Shown in pieces: positions 62,975-64,000 of a stretch of 64,000 bases of DNA; position 1 is the stretch's first letter, and every line of letters starts with the position of its first letter. The notes under the pieces are model-generated. The model saw only the letters and a list, made by a program, of their open reading frames with translations, was not told where the DNA came from and searched no databases. The stretch spans positions 2,205 through 66,204 of the forward strand of contig JANXRZ010000102.1 in assembly GCA_025352885.1 (NCBI GenBank). The letters are read 5' to 3'. Made by a program: the position numbers and the translations under genes. This stretch comes from Pseudomonadota bacterium. Lineage in GTDB: Bacteria > Pseudomonadota > Gammaproteobacteria > Burkholderiales > SG8-39.

Positions 62975-64000
62975 TGACTCACCGGTTCAATGCCTCGGTC
63001 GTATCCGGTTTGCTCGGCGTTTTCCTGAGCTTTGGTGCAAGCGCCTTCGACCCGTTCGTGGTCAAGGACATCCGGGTCGAGGGACTGCAACGAACTGAGC
63101 CGGGCACGATCTTCAGCTACCTGCCGGTCAAGGTCGGGGAGACGATGACTGACGAGAAGGCGCAGCAGGCCATCCGCTCGCTCTTCGCCACAGGCTTCTT
63201 CCGCGACGTGCGCCTTGAAGTCGACAAGGATGTGTTGGTCGTGCTGGTCGAGGAGCGCCCTGCGATCGCGCAGATCGACTTCTCGGGCATCAAAGAGTTC
63301 GAGCCCGACAACCTCAGGCGCAGTTTCCGTGAACTCGGTCTTTCCGAATCGCGCATTTTCGATCGCGCGCTTCTCGACCAGGCCGAGCAGGAGCTCAAAC
63401 GCCAGTACCTGGCCAAAGGCTTGTACGGCGTCGACGTGCAGACGACCGTCACGCCCCTCGAGCGCAATCGCGTCGGCATCAACTTCGCCGTGAAGGAAGG
63501 CGAGGTCGCTAAGATCCGCGGCATCAATATCGTCGGCGCGAGCTCGTTCAGCGAAAAGGACCTGCTCGACGAATTCGTGCTGCGCACACCCGGGTGGATC
63601 ACCTGGTACACGAAGCACGACCAGTATTCGCGGCAGAAGCTGGCCGGTGACCTCGAGTCCCTGCGGTCGTTCTACCAGAACCGCGGATTTCTCGACTTCA
63701 GCGTCGACTCCACGCAGGTTTCGATCACCCCGGATAAGCGGGACATCTACATAACGATCAACATTTCCGAGGGCGAGAAGTACACCGTCTCGGACGTGAA
63801 ACTGGCCGGCCAGTTGCTTTTGCCGGAAGAGGAACTCAGCAAGCTCGTCAAGCTCAAGCCGGGCGATGTTTTCGCAAGGGACAAGCTCACCCAGACGACC
63901 AAGGCCATCGCCGATCGCCTGGGCAACGACGGGTACGCGTTCGCGAACGCAAACGCCGTGCCGCAGATAGACAAGGACAAGCGGGAAGTTGCCTTCACGA
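62974..64000 (+). CDS. bamA: Outer membrane protein assembly factor BamA (5' part; runs off the window)
   Basis: The ATG at 62974 overlaps the rseP stop. A signal peptide is followed by the POTRA motif IRVEGLQRTEPGTIFSYLPVKVGE. There is no in-frame stop before the window end. Confidence 0.92.
   Translation, partial: MTHRFNASVVSGLLGVFLSFGASAFDPFVVKDIRVEGLQRTEPGTIFSYLPVKVGETMTDEKAQQAIRSLFATGFFRDVRLEVDKDVLVVLVEERPAIAQIDFSGIKEFEPDNLRRSFRELGLSESRIFDRALLDQAEQELKRQYLAKGLYGVDVQTTVTPLERNRVGINFAVKEGEVAKIRGINIVGASSFSEKDLLDEFVLRTPGWITWYTKHDQYSRQKLAGDLESLRSFYQNRGFLDFSVDSTQVSITPDKRDIYITINISEGEKYTVSDVKLAGQLLLPEEELSKLVKLKPGDVFARDKLTQTTKAIADRLGNDGYAFANANAVPQIDKDKREVAFT

Overview
This is a GC-rich proteobacterial chromosomal segment, and its gene order strongly resembles Betaproteobacteria. 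About 21-64 kb is tightly packed core housekeeping DNA: trpS, scpAB, rluB, rimP-nusA-infB-rbfA-truB-rpsO-pnp, dksA, a tRNA-Pro/Arg/His cluster, prmB, pilU-like, dapD-dapC-queF, smc-zipA-ligA, galU, hpt, an MTA/MTI phosphorylase, def, glnD-map, and rpsB-tsf-pyrH-frr-uppS-cdsA-dxr-rseP-bamA. The left 21 kb looks accessory. It holds (i) a GAF histidine kinase, a single-domain receiver and a receiver-GGDEF-EAL module. It holds (ii) a minus-strand island resembling reductive, Eubacterium barkeri-type nicotinate catabolism: a Tat-signal nicotinamidase, a 6-hydroxynicotinate-reductase-like Fe-S protein, a xanthine-dehydrogenase-family Mo enzyme with its FAD subunit, a 1173-aa fused GltD/NfnB-like plus PyrK/NfnA-like flavoprotein, and a DapA-family protein. 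It holds (iii) an SDR, a flavoprotein and a small GIY-YIG protein. It holds (iv) the most interesting locus: a translationally coupled five-gene minus-strand operon (20963-16362). This operon encodes a J-domain-only protein, three consecutive acidic ORFs I cannot assign to any family, and a full-length E. coli-type YcaO. No CRISPR arrays, rRNA genes, transposases or integrases were seen. Many long ORFs in the track are antisense shadow ORFs typical of GC-rich DNA. All product calls rest on motif and sequence recognition by eye; no searches were run.
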